Assembly: GCA_030524785.1 (NCBI GenBank)
Contig: JAUNFZ010000001.1
Location: 44,443 to 108,442, forward strand
Length of the DNA: 64,000 nucleotides
From: Eubacteriales bacterium
Lineage (GTDB): Bacteria; Bacillota; Clostridia; Lachnospirales; Lachnospiraceae
Reading direction: 5' to 3'
Of this stretch, positions 38,381 through 48,200 are shown in pieces (position 1 is the stretch's first letter; each line of letters begins with the position of its first letter). The notes beneath the pieces are model-generated. The model did no database searches. It saw only the letters and a program-made list of their open reading frames with translations, and had not been told where the DNA came from. Made by a program: the position numbers and the translations under genes.

Positions 38381-39259
38381 ATGAAGATATTGATACAGCA
38401 GATGATTACCGGAATATCTATAGGAAGCGTGTATGCGCTGATCGCTTCGGGATACGCCCTGGTTTACAGTTTACTGGATTTTTCCAATTGGGCCCACGGC
38501 GAGGTCTGTATGCTGGGAGCATATGTGTGCTTTATGGCGACGACGGTAGGTACGCTGCCTTACTGGCTTTCCTGTGTGATTGGTATCGGCGGTGCGGCGC
38601 TGATCAGCCTGTTTAATGAGAAACTGGCTTACCGCACGATTCGGAACAACGGATCCCCGAATATGTTCTTAATGATTGCGGCTATGGGCCTTTCAACTAC
38701 ATACCAGAATTTGGCAAATGTGGTGTGGGGATCAAAATTTAAACAGCTTCCCAAGATTTTTGCGGTGGGAACAATCAATATAAACGGCGTGTTTATCGGA
38801 ACCACGGACATGGTATGTCTGGTGGTGGCGGCAGTGATGCTGGTAGTGCTGCTGCTGATTATCAACAAAACGAAATTTGGCCTGCATGTGCGGGCGGTGG
38901 CCTGCAGCGGCAGAACGGCCGGGCTTCTCGGCATCAAGATCGACAGGGTGATCGCCGCTGTCTTTATGCTGGCGGGAGCTCTGGCAGGACTGGCCGGCAT
39001 CATGTACGGCATGAAATATAATATTTATCCTACGATGGGAAATGTGGGAATCAAGGCGTTTATCGCATCGGTCATCGGCGGCCTTGGGAGTGTGCCGGGA
39101 GCGATTGCGGGAGCGGTGCTTCTTGGACTGATTGAGACGGTGGTTTCCGGATATATCAGCTCCGGGCTGAGAGACCTGATATCCTTTTCTCTGCTGATAC
39201 TGATTCTGCTGATACGTCCCAGCGGACTTTTTGGCGTGGATGTACAGGAAAAGGCATAG
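38381..39259 (+). CDS. livH: branched-chain amino acid ABC transporter permease (LivH-like)
   Basis: 292 aa. MKILIQQMITGISIGSVYALIASGYALVYS... Confidence 0.9.
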   Translation: MKILIQQMITGISIGSVYALIASGYALVYSLLDFSNWAHGEVCMLGAYVCFMATTVGTLPYWLSCVIGIGGAALISLFNEKLAYRTIRNNGSPNMFLMIAAMGLSTTYQNLANVVWGSKFKQLPKIFAVGTININGVFIGTTDMVCLVVAAVMLVVLLLIINKTKFGLHVRAVACSGRTAGLLGIKIDRVIAAVFMLAGALAGLAGIMYGMKYNIYPTMGNVGIKAFIASVIGGLGSVPGAIAGAVLLGLIETVVSGYISSGLRDLISFSLLILILLIRPSGLFGVDVQEKA

Positions 39260-39283
39260 GCAGACAGGGAAGGAGGGAGACGC

Positions 39284-40171
39284 ATGTTAAATTCATTTCA
39301 GGAAGGTGTATTGATTATCTGCTGTGTAAATGTCATCGCGGTGCTGGGCATGTCGGTGCTCACCGGATTTACGCGGCTGTTTTCGTTTGGAAATGCAGGG
39401 TTTATGTCGATTGGAGCTTACGCGGCGGCGATTGCCAGCGTGCAGTTTCATCTGCCCTTTCCGCTGGCTGTCCTTCTTGGCGCTGTGGCAGCGGGCGTAA
39501 TCGCATACATATTGGGCAGCCTGACGATCCGGCTTCGGGGCGACTACTTTCTGATTAGCTGCCTCGGGTTCGGGGAATGTGTCCGGGTGCTGTTTAATTA
39601 TACAAGGGATCTTACCGGAGGCGCGAACGGATATTCCGGCATCCCCTACCGCACGACAGGGATTGTCGCCCTGGGATGCGCGATCGTGGCCTTCGTGGTG
39701 GCCTGGAATTTTATTCATTCCAGATATGGACAGGCGCTGTCGGCCATTCGGGAGAATGAGGTGGCAGCCGCCACAAACGGCATCAACGTGGTGCGCTACA
39801 AGAAAATGTCTTTTGTGTTCAGCGCGGTGTACGCAGGCTGGGCGGGCGCGCTGTACGCCCACTATCTGCAGTTCATTACGCCGTCCCTGTTTAACCTGGG
39901 AAAGAGCAGCGAACTTGTGATCACCACGGTGCTGGGCGGCCTGGGAAGCCTTACGGGAAGTGTGATGGGCACGATTATCGTACAGATTCTGCCGGAGATA
40001 TTCAGAAGTATGTCGGAATACCGCATGCTGTTTTACGGCATCGCCGTGGTGCTGGTGATCCTGGTGCGGCCCAACGGTTTGTACGGGTACCGGGAGTTTA
40101 GCCTGAAGCGGTGTGTGCGTTCCATTAAAAATATAGGAAGAACGAAGCGCGGGAAGGAATCAGAATCATGA
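39284..40171 (+). CDS. livM: branched-chain amino acid ABC transporter permease (LivM-like)
   Basis: 295 aa polytopic protein. Its stop overlaps the livG start (ATGA). Confidence 0.88.
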   Translation: MLNSFQEGVLIICCVNVIAVLGMSVLTGFTRLFSFGNAGFMSIGAYAAAIASVQFHLPFPLAVLLGAVAAGVIAYILGSLTIRLRGDYFLISCLGFGECVRVLFNYTRDLTGGANGYSGIPYRTTGIVALGCAIVAFVVAWNFIHSRYGQALSAIRENEVAAATNGINVVRYKKMSFVFSAVYAGWAGALYAHYLQFITPSLFNLGKSSELVITTVLGGLGSLTGSVMGTIIVQILPEIFRSMSEYRMLFYGIAVVLVILVRPNGLYGYREFSLKRCVRSIKNIGRTKRGKESES

Positions 40172-40938
40172 GTGAACCAATTCTTGAAATGCGAAATGTG
40201 GAAAAGCGGTTCGGCGGCGTCCGCGCGATTGATAATTTCAGCCTGAAGGTGGAGCCGGGAGCCATTTATGGTCTGATCGGGCCGAACGGCGCCGGAAAGA
40301 CTACGATTTTTAATACGATTACGGGTATCTATCAGGCGGATGCCGGACAGATTCTTTTTGAGGGCAGGGACATTACAAAAATCAAACCTCACGAGGCTGC
40401 GGAGGCGGGGATTGCCCGAACCTTTCAGAATATCCGTCTGTTTGGAAATCTGACCGTGCAGATGAACGTTGTGATTGCCTGCAATATGCACAGCAGCTAT
40501 CATTTGGGCGACGCTCTTTTCCGCACGCCAAAATACCGCAGGGTGACAGAGGAGACCGGGGAGAGGGCCATGGAGTTTTTAAAGGCTGTGGGGCTGGAGG
40601 ATAAAGCCCAGGAGCGGGCTTCGAGCCTTCCCTACGGACATCAGAGGAAACTGGAGATCGCCCGGGCCATGGCGACGGAACCGCGTCTTCTTTTGCTGGA
40701 TGAGCCGGCGGCGGGCATGAATGCGGACGAGTCCCTGGAACTGGTGGAATTTATCAGGGAATTAAAGGAGAAGTTTCCGATTACGATTTTGATGATCGAG
40801 CACCATATGGATGTTGTGACAAATTTGTGCGACGCGTGTACGGTGCTGAATTTCGGAAAAACACTTGCATCCGGCACGATGAAGGAGATTAAAGAGAATC
40901 CGGAAGTGGTGGAGGCATATCTGGGAGGAGACGAGTGA
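40168..40938 (+). CDS. livG: branched-chain amino acid ABC transporter ATP-binding protein (LivG-like)
   Basis: ...GLIGPNGAGKTTIFN... Walker A, LSYGHQRKLEIARA-type signature (LPYGHQRKLEIARAM), LLLDEPAAGM. Confidence 0.92.
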   Translation: MSEPILEMRNVEKRFGGVRAIDNFSLKVEPGAIYGLIGPNGAGKTTIFNTITGIYQADAGQILFEGRDITKIKPHEAAEAGIARTFQNIRLFGNLTVQMNVVIACNMHSSYHLGDALFRTPKYRRVTEETGERAMEFLKAVGLEDKAQERASSLPYGHQRKLEIARAMATEPRLLLLDEPAAGMNADESLELVEFIRELKEKFPITILMIEHHMDVVTNLCDACTVLNFGKTLASGTMKEIKENPEVVEAYLGGDE

Positions 40939-41648
40939 TGGCGGAAGTATTGCTGAAAGTAGAGCATTTATCAGCCGCCTATGGCGGAATACGGGCCCTG
41001 GACGATATCTCTCTGGAGGTGAGAGAGGGAGAAATCGTGGCGGTGCTGGGAGCAAACGGAGCCGGAAAATCCACGCTGCTGAAATGCCTTTCCAGTGAGC
41101 AAAAACCGGTAAGCGGGACGATCACATTTCAGGGGAAACCGCTGTCCGCAAAGCCCTACAATGTGGTAGAGAGCGGCATGGTGATTGTGCCGGAGGGAAG
41201 GCAGATTTTTTATAAGCTTTCGGTGTACGATAATCTTCAGGTGGGCTGCTGCCTGAGAAAAGATAAAGAGGGCATCAAAGAAGATCTGGAGATGGTCTAT
41301 GAAATGTTTCCGCGGCTGAAGGAGCGGGAAAATCAGTACGGTGGCCTGCTTTCGGGAGGAGAGCAGCAGATGCTTGCGATTGCAAGAGGGCTGATGGCGC
41401 GTCCGAAGCTGATGATGCTGGATGAGCCAAGCCTCGGCCTGGCGCCGATCATTGTCAATCAGATCATGGATATTTTAAAGCAGGTGAACAGCCGGGGCAC
41501 TACAATCCTGCTGGTTGAGCAGAATGCCCGCAAAGCGCTGAAGCTGTGCGACAGGGCGTATCTGATGAATGTGGGACGCGTGGTGACGGAAGGAAAGGGA
41601 GAAGAACTCCTGGCAAACGACCGTCTGATGGAAGCATATCTGGGATAA
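40938..41648 (+). CDS. livF: branched-chain amino acid ABC transporter ATP-binding protein (LivF-like)
   Basis: ...VLGANGAGKSTLLK..., LSGGEQQMLAIARGL, MMLDEPSLGLAP. ATG 40938 overlaps the livG stop (TGATG); the ORF track starts at GTG 40935. Confidence 0.92.
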   Translation: MAEVLLKVEHLSAAYGGIRALDDISLEVREGEIVAVLGANGAGKSTLLKCLSSEQKPVSGTITFQGKPLSAKPYNVVESGMVIVPEGRQIFYKLSVYDNLQVGCCLRKDKEGIKEDLEMVYEMFPRLKERENQYGGLLSGGEQQMLAIARGLMARPKLMMLDEPSLGLAPIIVNQIMDILKQVNSRGTTILLVEQNARKALKLCDRAYLMNVGRVVTEGKGEELLANDRLMEAYLG

Positions 41649-41666
41649 TGGAAAGGAAGAAAACAA

Positions 41667-42725
41667 ATGAAAGCAGCAGTCTGGTATGGATATAAGGACG
41701 TCAGAATCGAGGAACGGCCTGAGCCTGTGCCGGGACCCGGGCAGGTAAAAATACGGGTGGACTGGGCAGGAATCTGCGGTACGGACCGCCATGAGTATGA
41801 GGGACCAAATTTTATTCCGGTAGAAAAACCTCACCGCCTGACGGGGCGGGTGGCGCCACTGATTATCGGCCACGAATTTTCCGGAGAGATTGTGGAACTG
41901 GGAGAGGGCGTAACCGGATGGAAGACCGGGGACCGGGTGACAGCCAATGGAAGCCTGAACTGCAAAAAATGCGAAGCCTGCCGAAGCGGCCGCTACAACA
42001 TCTGCCAGAAGCTTGGCTTTACGGGGGTGGGAGACGACGGCACGTTTGCGGAATACGTGCTGTTTGAGGCGAGTAAGCTGTTTGCCATACCCGAGGGCGT
42101 GAGCCAGAGGCAGGCGGCTGTGGCGGAACCTCTTGCCTGCGGTATCCATGCGACGAACCTTCTGGGGGATATTGCCGGGAAGGATGTGGTGATTATAGGT
42201 CCTGGGATTATCGGGCTATCCGCGTTCTTCGGAGCAAAGTATGCAGGAGCGGGACGTATTCTTGTGTCGGGAATCGGTGAATACCGGCGGGAGCTGATTG
42301 AACGGTACGGCGGCACATATGTGGACGCCTCCAGGACAGATCTGGAAGAATATACAGCCGAATGGACGAAGGGCAATTTGGCGGATGTGGTGTACGAATG
42401 TCTGGGGTCTGAAAAAACCCTGGATCAGGCAATCCGCATCAGCAAGCCGGGCGCAAAGATTATGGTTATGGGGGTGTTCGGCCAAAAGCCCAGAGTAGAT
42501 ATGAATACCCTGCAGGAGGCCGAGCGGGCAATCTATACCAGCCAGGCCCATGTAGATGAAATAGCCACGGCGCTGGAGTATATGAAAGAAGAAAAGATCA
42601 ATGCCGACGAGCTGATTACCCGGGAGGTGGTTCTTGATACACTGGTGCAGGATGGCTTTGAGTACCTGATACAGCATGGCCCGGAACAGATCAAGGTGCT
42701 GATTCACATCGGACCGGGCGCATAG
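41667..42725 (+). CDS. zinc-dependent MDR alcohol dehydrogenase, 2,3-butanediol dehydrogenase-like
   Basis: MKAAVWYGYKDVRIEE...WAGICGTDRHEYEGP...GHEFSGEIVELGEGV... and the structural-zinc set CKKCEACRSGRYNIC. Confidence 0.85.
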   Translation: MKAAVWYGYKDVRIEERPEPVPGPGQVKIRVDWAGICGTDRHEYEGPNFIPVEKPHRLTGRVAPLIIGHEFSGEIVELGEGVTGWKTGDRVTANGSLNCKKCEACRSGRYNICQKLGFTGVGDDGTFAEYVLFEASKLFAIPEGVSQRQAAVAEPLACGIHATNLLGDIAGKDVVIIGPGIIGLSAFFGAKYAGAGRILVSGIGEYRRELIERYGGTYVDASRTDLEEYTAEWTKGNLADVVYECLGSEKTLDQAIRISKPGAKIMVMGVFGQKPRVDMNTLQEAERAIYTSQAHVDEIATALEYMKEEKINADELITREVVLDTLVQDGFEYLIQHGPEQIKVLIHIGPGA

Positions 42726-42859
42726 ATGCGGCTTATGAAGACGGGGAGCGCGCCCAAAAGAAAGCGCTGCTTGACCGTAAAAATACTGTATGAAATGGTA
42801 CGGTGAAATGCCGCAGCCATTCAGATAAATGAATAAACAAAAATGAAGGAGAGAACATC

Positions 42860-43327
42860 ATGCAGAGAATTCCAAGTTTCAGTATTGACCACACGAGATT
42901 AAAAAAAGGCGTATACCTGTCCAGACAGGATGATGATGTGATGACATGGGATGTCCGCATCAAGGAGCCGAATCACGGCGATTATCTGTCCACAGGAGTC
43001 AGCCATACCATCGAGCATCTGTTTGCAACATTTGCCCGTAACAGCCAGTATAAGGACGGCATTATCTACGTGGGACCCATGGGATGCCGCACGGGCGCAT
43101 ATTTTCTGACGAGAGGCCTGTCCAATCAGGAGGTTCTGGACTGTATCAGAGAATCTTTCCGGGCGATCACGACCTTTGAGGGAGAGATTCCGGGCGCAAA
43201 GGAAGAAGAATGTGGAAACTATCTGGATCACGATCTGGAGGGCTGCCGCAGGGAGGCTGCAGAATACCTGAAGGTGCTGGAGACGCTGACGCCGGAGGAT
43301 ATGCAGTATACATATTATCTGGATTAA
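42860..43327 (+). CDS. luxS: S-ribosylhomocysteine lyase
   Basis: 155 aa. ...SFSIDHTRLKKGVY...HTIEHLFA...GPMGCRTG... Confidence 0.95.
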   Translation: MQRIPSFSIDHTRLKKGVYLSRQDDDVMTWDVRIKEPNHGDYLSTGVSHTIEHLFATFARNSQYKDGIIYVGPMGCRTGAYFLTRGLSNQEVLDCIRESFRAITTFEGEIPGAKEEECGNYLDHDLEGCRREAAEYLKVLETLTPEDMQYTYYLD

Positions 43328-43400
43328 ATTTGTCAAGGTCTAATAATTTTTATATTTTTTTCAAAATCGCATAAACATCTTTCATTGTGAGAACGCTTTT

Positions 43401-43436
43401 ACCGGGACAGTTTTAACTGTTCCGGTAAATTTTTTG
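43401..43436 (+). terminator. intrinsic terminator after luxS, insulating sigG
   Basis: ACCGGGACAGTT (43401-43412) pairs with AACTGTTCCGGT (43415-43426), one G-T wobble, followed by AAATTTTTT. Confidence 0.8.
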
Positions 43437-43514
43437 CCCCGGCGGATAAGGAAAGTACTCTTTCCTGTCCTGCGTAAAGGCAGAGATACATTCAGCATAA
43501 GGAGGGTTCTTGCA

Positions 43515-44291
43515 ATGGCACTGAACAAAGTGGAAATATGCGGAGTAAACACATCGAAGCTTCCGGTTTTGACGAATGAAGAAAAAGACGAACTGTTTCG
43601 TCGGATTAAGCAGGGGGACAGGGAAGCGCGGGAGCGGTACATCAAAGGCAATCTGCGGTTGGTTTTAAGCGTCATAAAAAGATTCTCAGGAAGCAATGAA
43701 AATGTGGACGATCTGTTTCAGATCGGCTGTATCGGCCTGATGAAGGCCGTCGATAATTTTAATACGGAAATGGATGTGAAATTTTCTACCTATGCGGTGC
43801 CGATGATCATCGGAGAAATACGCCGGTATCTTCGGGACAATAATGCGATTCGTGTGAGCCGGTCGCTGCGGGACACGGCCTACAAGGCGCTGTATACAAA
43901 AGAAGCCTATATGAAAAAGAATTTAAAGGAGCCGACGATCAATGAAATTGCAGAGGAGATCGGTATTGCAAAGGAAGATATTGTGTTTGCGATGGATGCG
44001 ATCCAGAGTCCTTTAAGCCTGTATGACCCGGTGTATTCGGAGGGCGGGGATACCCTCTATGTGATGGATCAGATCAGCGACAAAAAGAATAAGGAGGAAA
44101 ACTGGGTGGAATCCATCGCTTTGCGGGAAGCGATGGCCCGGCTGGGAGAGCGGGAACGAAAAATTATTGATATGCGCTTTTTTGAGGGAAAGACGCAGAT
44201 GGAGGTGGCGGAGGAAATCAACATCTCCCAGGCCCAGGTGAGCCGCCTGGAAAAGAACGCCCTCAAAAGCATGAGAAATTTCCTGAGATGA
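43515..44291 (+). CDS. sigG: sporulation sigma factor SigG
   Basis: ATG 43515 after AAGGAGGG, in frame in ORF 43434..44291. MALNKVEICGVNTSKLPVLTNEEKDELFRRIKQGD...GNLRLVLSVIKRF... Confidence 0.94.
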   Translation: MALNKVEICGVNTSKLPVLTNEEKDELFRRIKQGDREARERYIKGNLRLVLSVIKRFSGSNENVDDLFQIGCIGLMKAVDNFNTEMDVKFSTYAVPMIIGEIRRYLRDNNAIRVSRSLRDTAYKALYTKEAYMKKNLKEPTINEIAEEIGIAKEDIVFAMDAIQSPLSLYDPVYSEGGDTLYVMDQISDKKNKEENWVESIALREAMARLGERERKIIDMRFFEGKTQMEVAEEINISQAQVSRLEKNALKSMRNFLR

Positions 44292-44321
44292 CACGTAAGT
44301 GTGTGCGGGCGGAGAGAATCC

Positions 44322-44564
44322 TTATTTTTCGTGCTTGGGGAGTTCCACCAGAATAATGTCTTTGCCGATCTGGCAGATACATTTCCAGGGAATGATAATT
44401 TCGTTGTCCCTTCCCCAAAAGGAGGAAAAGCGGCTGCAGCCGGGTACGATCAGCGCGGTGATGCAGCCGTTTTTTTTATCGATTTCCACATCAATGACGC
44501 AGCCAAGGGAAGCGCAGGTGCAGACGTTGATGACTTCCTTCTGACGCAGTTCACAGAGTCTCAT
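44322..44564 (-). CDS. YlmC/YmxH family sporulation protein (PRC-barrel)
   Basis: MRLCELRQKEVINVCTCASLGCVIDVEIDKKNGCITALIVPG...IIPWKCICQIGKDIILVE. I prefer the internal ATG (44562-44564) of ORF 44322..44609. Confidence 0.88.
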   Translation of the reverse strand: MRLCELRQKEVINVCTCASLGCVIDVEIDKKNGCITALIVPGCSRFSSFWGRDNEIIIPWKCICQIGKDIILVELPKHEK

Positions 44565-44609
44565 AGGGCATATTACCTCAAAAAATTCATTTCTATTTAG
44601 TATATGCAA

Positions 44610-44639
44610 TTGACACAGGGACTTTTATTGAGATATACT
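44610..44639 (+). promoter_or_regulatory. sigma-A type promoter upstream of nrdR
   Basis: TTGACA (44610-44615), 18-nt spacer, TATACT (44634-44639). Confidence 0.5.
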
Positions 44640-44700
44640 CTTTTTATAGGCTTTTTGGCAACAGAGAGACCGGGGAGTAAAAAGAGAGGGGAACAGCAGG

Positions 44701-45150
44701 ATGAAGTGTCCATTTTGTAATCAGGATAACACAAGAGTAGTGGATTCCAGACCAGCCGACGACAACAGTTCCATTCGCCGCCGCCGTTTGTGCGACGAGT
44801 GTGGAAAGCGTTTTACCACCTATGAAAAAGTGGAGACGATACCGTTGATCGTCATTAAAAAAGATCAGAACAGAGAGCAGTATGACAGGACAAAAATTGA
44901 ATCGGGAGTGCTGCGGGCCTGCTATAAGCGTCCGGTATCCGCACAGCAGATCAATGACACGATTGATAAGATCGAGACAGAAATTTTCAACCGTGAGGAG
45001 CGGGAGATTCCAAGCAATGTGATCGGGGAGATTGTAATGGAACGGCTGAAAGATCTGGATGCGGTGGCATATGTGCGTTTTGCATCCGTGTACCGTGAAT
45101 TTAAAGATGTGGAAACATTCATGGATGAGCTGAAGAAAATTTTGAATTAA
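44701..45150 (+). CDS. nrdR: transcriptional repressor NrdR
   Basis: MKCPFCNQDNTRVVDSRPADDNSSIRRRRLCDECGKRFTTYEKVE... (zinc ribbon plus ATP-cone). Confidence 0.97.
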   Translation: MKCPFCNQDNTRVVDSRPADDNSSIRRRRLCDECGKRFTTYEKVETIPLIVIKKDQNREQYDRTKIESGVLRACYKRPVSAQQINDTIDKIETEIFNREEREIPSNVIGEIVMERLKDLDAVAYVRFASVYREFKDVETFMDELKKILN

Positions 45151-45236
45151 TACCGTCGGGCTGCCGCAAAAAGGTACTTTGCAGCGGCCCTGAACTTTTT
45201 AGAGAAACCCTTTCGGATTTTTTACAGGAGAAGTCA

Positions 45237-48200
45237 GTGAAAAGAAGAATAGACGAGCTGTTAAAGGAAAAATTTGAATATAAGCCGGAAACGCTGAGTC
45301 TGTCTCCCGAACGGATTGAGAGGCAGGTTCCTGGCTTTAAACGCGTGACGGGGAAATTCTCTGTGAGCGCCGCAGGGAGCGGGATACTGCATGGATTTGT
45401 GTATTCTGTAAATCCCAGGGTTACGTGTCCAAAAAATATGTTTACCGGGAAAAAAGAGACCCTTTTCTATGAGGCGGACACCCGGGGGATGCAAAGCGGG
45501 GACCGTCTGGAAGGAGCGTTTGTAATCTGCACAACTGCAGGTGAGTATAGGCTGCCCTACTGTATGGAAATTGTGGGCGCAGAGCAGAAGAAAGAACGCC
45601 TCGATTTTCTGACGCCCCAGGAGTTTGCGGCGGCGGCCAGAAATGATTTCGGGGAGGCTTACGTGAAGTTTGCCTCGCCGGATTTTGCAGATATGGCTGC
45701 GGCGTGGGGGGATACCTACCGGGCAGCCTACGAGGGAACGGCGGGGAAGTCAATGAACTACCACAGCCTGGAGCAGTTTCTTGTGGCAATGGAGGAAAAG
45801 ACGCCTGTTTCTGTGACCCTGGAAACGGATCATGTCTGTCTGAGGAATCCAAAGGACAACGACCGGGAAGAAATTCTGCTGAAGAAAAGCACCTGGGGAT
45901 TTGCCCCGGTGCATATTTCCTGTGATGCGGATTTCCTTACGGTGGAGCGCCCGGAAATTACGACGGAAGAATTTGTGGGAAGCACGTATAATCTTGGGTA
46001 TATTCTGCATCAGGACAGGCTTCATGCCGGCCGCAATTTTGCGAAGATTACCGTGCAGACGGAATGTCGGCAGCAGACCTGCGTGGTAGAGGTGCATTGT
46101 ACTGCGCAGGCTGCGGCAGAAAAGAAAGGGCTTCAGAGAAGGCAGGAAGTGCTGCAGCTGATGAACACCTATATTTCTTACCGGGCCGGAAGAATAGGAC
46201 TTGGTGAGTGGTGCGGCATTTCCCTGCGTTGCCTGGACAATTTCAGGAAGGCGGGAGGAAACCATATCTTTTTGGAAATGTACCGCATTTATCTTTTGAT
46301 GATGTCGGGGGAGACGGTGGAGGCTCAGATGCTGCTTGGAGAGCTTCCAAAGCGCAAAGAGGAGCTTGTGATTCCCTGGTGGAAGGGATGCTATCTGTAT
46401 CTGACGACGCTGGGAGACGCTGAAAAGGATTATGTGGACTATGTAAAGAACGAAATCCACGAGCTGTTTCTGGCAAATCAGGAGCAATGGATTCTTCAGT
46501 GGCTGATGTTTAGGCTCAACGGGAATCTCTACCTGAACGATACGGAAAAGCTGGACGCGATACGCCGCCAGTACATCTGCGGCTGCAACAGCCCGGTGAT
46601 GTACCTGGAGGCCTGGGAGATATTGAAGAAAGAACCGCTGATGCTGCGCAATCTGGAGGAATTTGAACTTCATCTGCTGCGGTTTCTCTGCCGTGAAAAT
46701 CTGGTCGATCGGGAGCTGAGCGGGCAGACAGCGCAGCTTGCGGGCAGGGTGCCCTCGTATCACAGGCTGCTCTATGGAATTTTATGCAGTTGTTTTGAAA
46801 AGTATCCCACAAAGAAGCTCCTGACAGCCATCTGCGCAATGCTGATCAAGGGCCGCAAAAATACGCCTGAATATGCCGACTGGTTTGCGCTGGGAGTCCG
46901 TCAGGATGTGCGTCTGGCAGGCATGTATGAATATTACGCCCAGACTGCGCAGGATCTGAATGTGAGAGAACTGCCGCAAACGGTGCGTATGTATTTTTCT
47001 TATAATAATACGCTGGATTATGAGAAGAAGGCGGCAGTCTACGCGAATATTATCCGAAACAGGCAGAAAAATCCGGAGACATACGACGCTTACCGTGCTT
47101 CTATGGAGCTCTTTATGGAGGAACAGCTTCAGGCTGGCCATATCAATGAGGATCTGGCTCTTTTGTACGAAGCCCTGCTGACCAGGATGGTAATGGACGC
47201 CAGGATGGCAAAGGGGCTTGCAAAGGCGCTCTATACGTATGAGGTGATCTGCAAAAATCCGCAGATACGTCATGTGATTGTGGTGCACAGGCAGCTTGCG
47301 CAGGAGCAGCGGGTGATGCTGGTCAATGGCAGGGCCTGCGTGCAGGTGTACGGGAAATGCCGCGTGTTTCTGGAAGACAGAAACGGCGTACGGTATGGAG
47401 ACGCTTCTCTGTTTGAGATGAAAAAGCTTCTCACAAGGCCCGTATTTGAAGATTACTGTAGGGAGATGGAAGAAGAACCGGAGGAATTGATTCTCGGGGA
47501 CTGCTGCTGCCAGGAGGGTGAGCCAAAGATTACCCCGCAGAATGTAGGACGGTTCGTGCAGATGCTGAAGGTTTCGAAAATTTGTGAGAGCTACCGGAAC
47601 AGCATAGACGAAAAATTGCTGCTGTATTATGCTGAAAACCCCAAGGGAGAGCACCTGCAGGAATACCTTTTACTGACAGACGCCCAAAGGCTGTGCATGT
47701 CCCACAAAGCAAAACTTTTGGAGTTAATGACAGGCGAGGGAATGGCAGATACGGCCTATGGACTGGTGCAGGCTTTCGGGTCTGAAGGAACTGCTCCGGG
47801 AACCCTTGTGCGCCTGTGCAGCTGGCGCATCGGGGAGACGGAAGGAGAACAGGAGGAGGAACTTCTGGCGCTGTGTGCCCGCTGCTTTGCCATGCACACC
47901 TATGACGAATCCGTTCTGACTTATCTGATGAAATATTACGAGGGTCCGCTGGAGACGATGAAAGCAATCTGGCAGGCAGGGCAGACATTTCTTCTGGAAG
48001 ATTTTGGACTGGAGGAAAGAATACTGGTAATGGTGGTCTTCCTGCGTCAGGGCATGGAACATACCGAAGATGTGTTTGAAGGGTACTGGAAAAAGCAGGG
48101 GAAGGCAAAGCTGTGCCGCGCCTATGTGGTCTGGATGTCTTACTGCAGCTTTGTAAGGCAGATGGATGTGAAATCCCAGATCTTCCAATATATAGAGCAG

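Noticed and set aside
36981-43514. The liv-ADH-luxS block as a mobile genetic element inserted into the sporulation sigma cluster
   Set aside because: There is no integrase, transposase, flanking direct or inverted repeats, or GC shift. The genes are ordinary metabolic and transport functions. It is better described as a chromosomal rearrangement.
43382-44600. ORFs 43382..43696 (-), 44013..44294 (-), 44299..44544 (+) and 44301..44600 (+), plus the 27-codon N-terminal extension of sigG from 43434
   Set aside because: They overlap the luxS terminator, sigG, or the antisense strand of ylmC. sigG homology and its RBS begin at 43515, and ylmC is the conserved gene on the minus strand.
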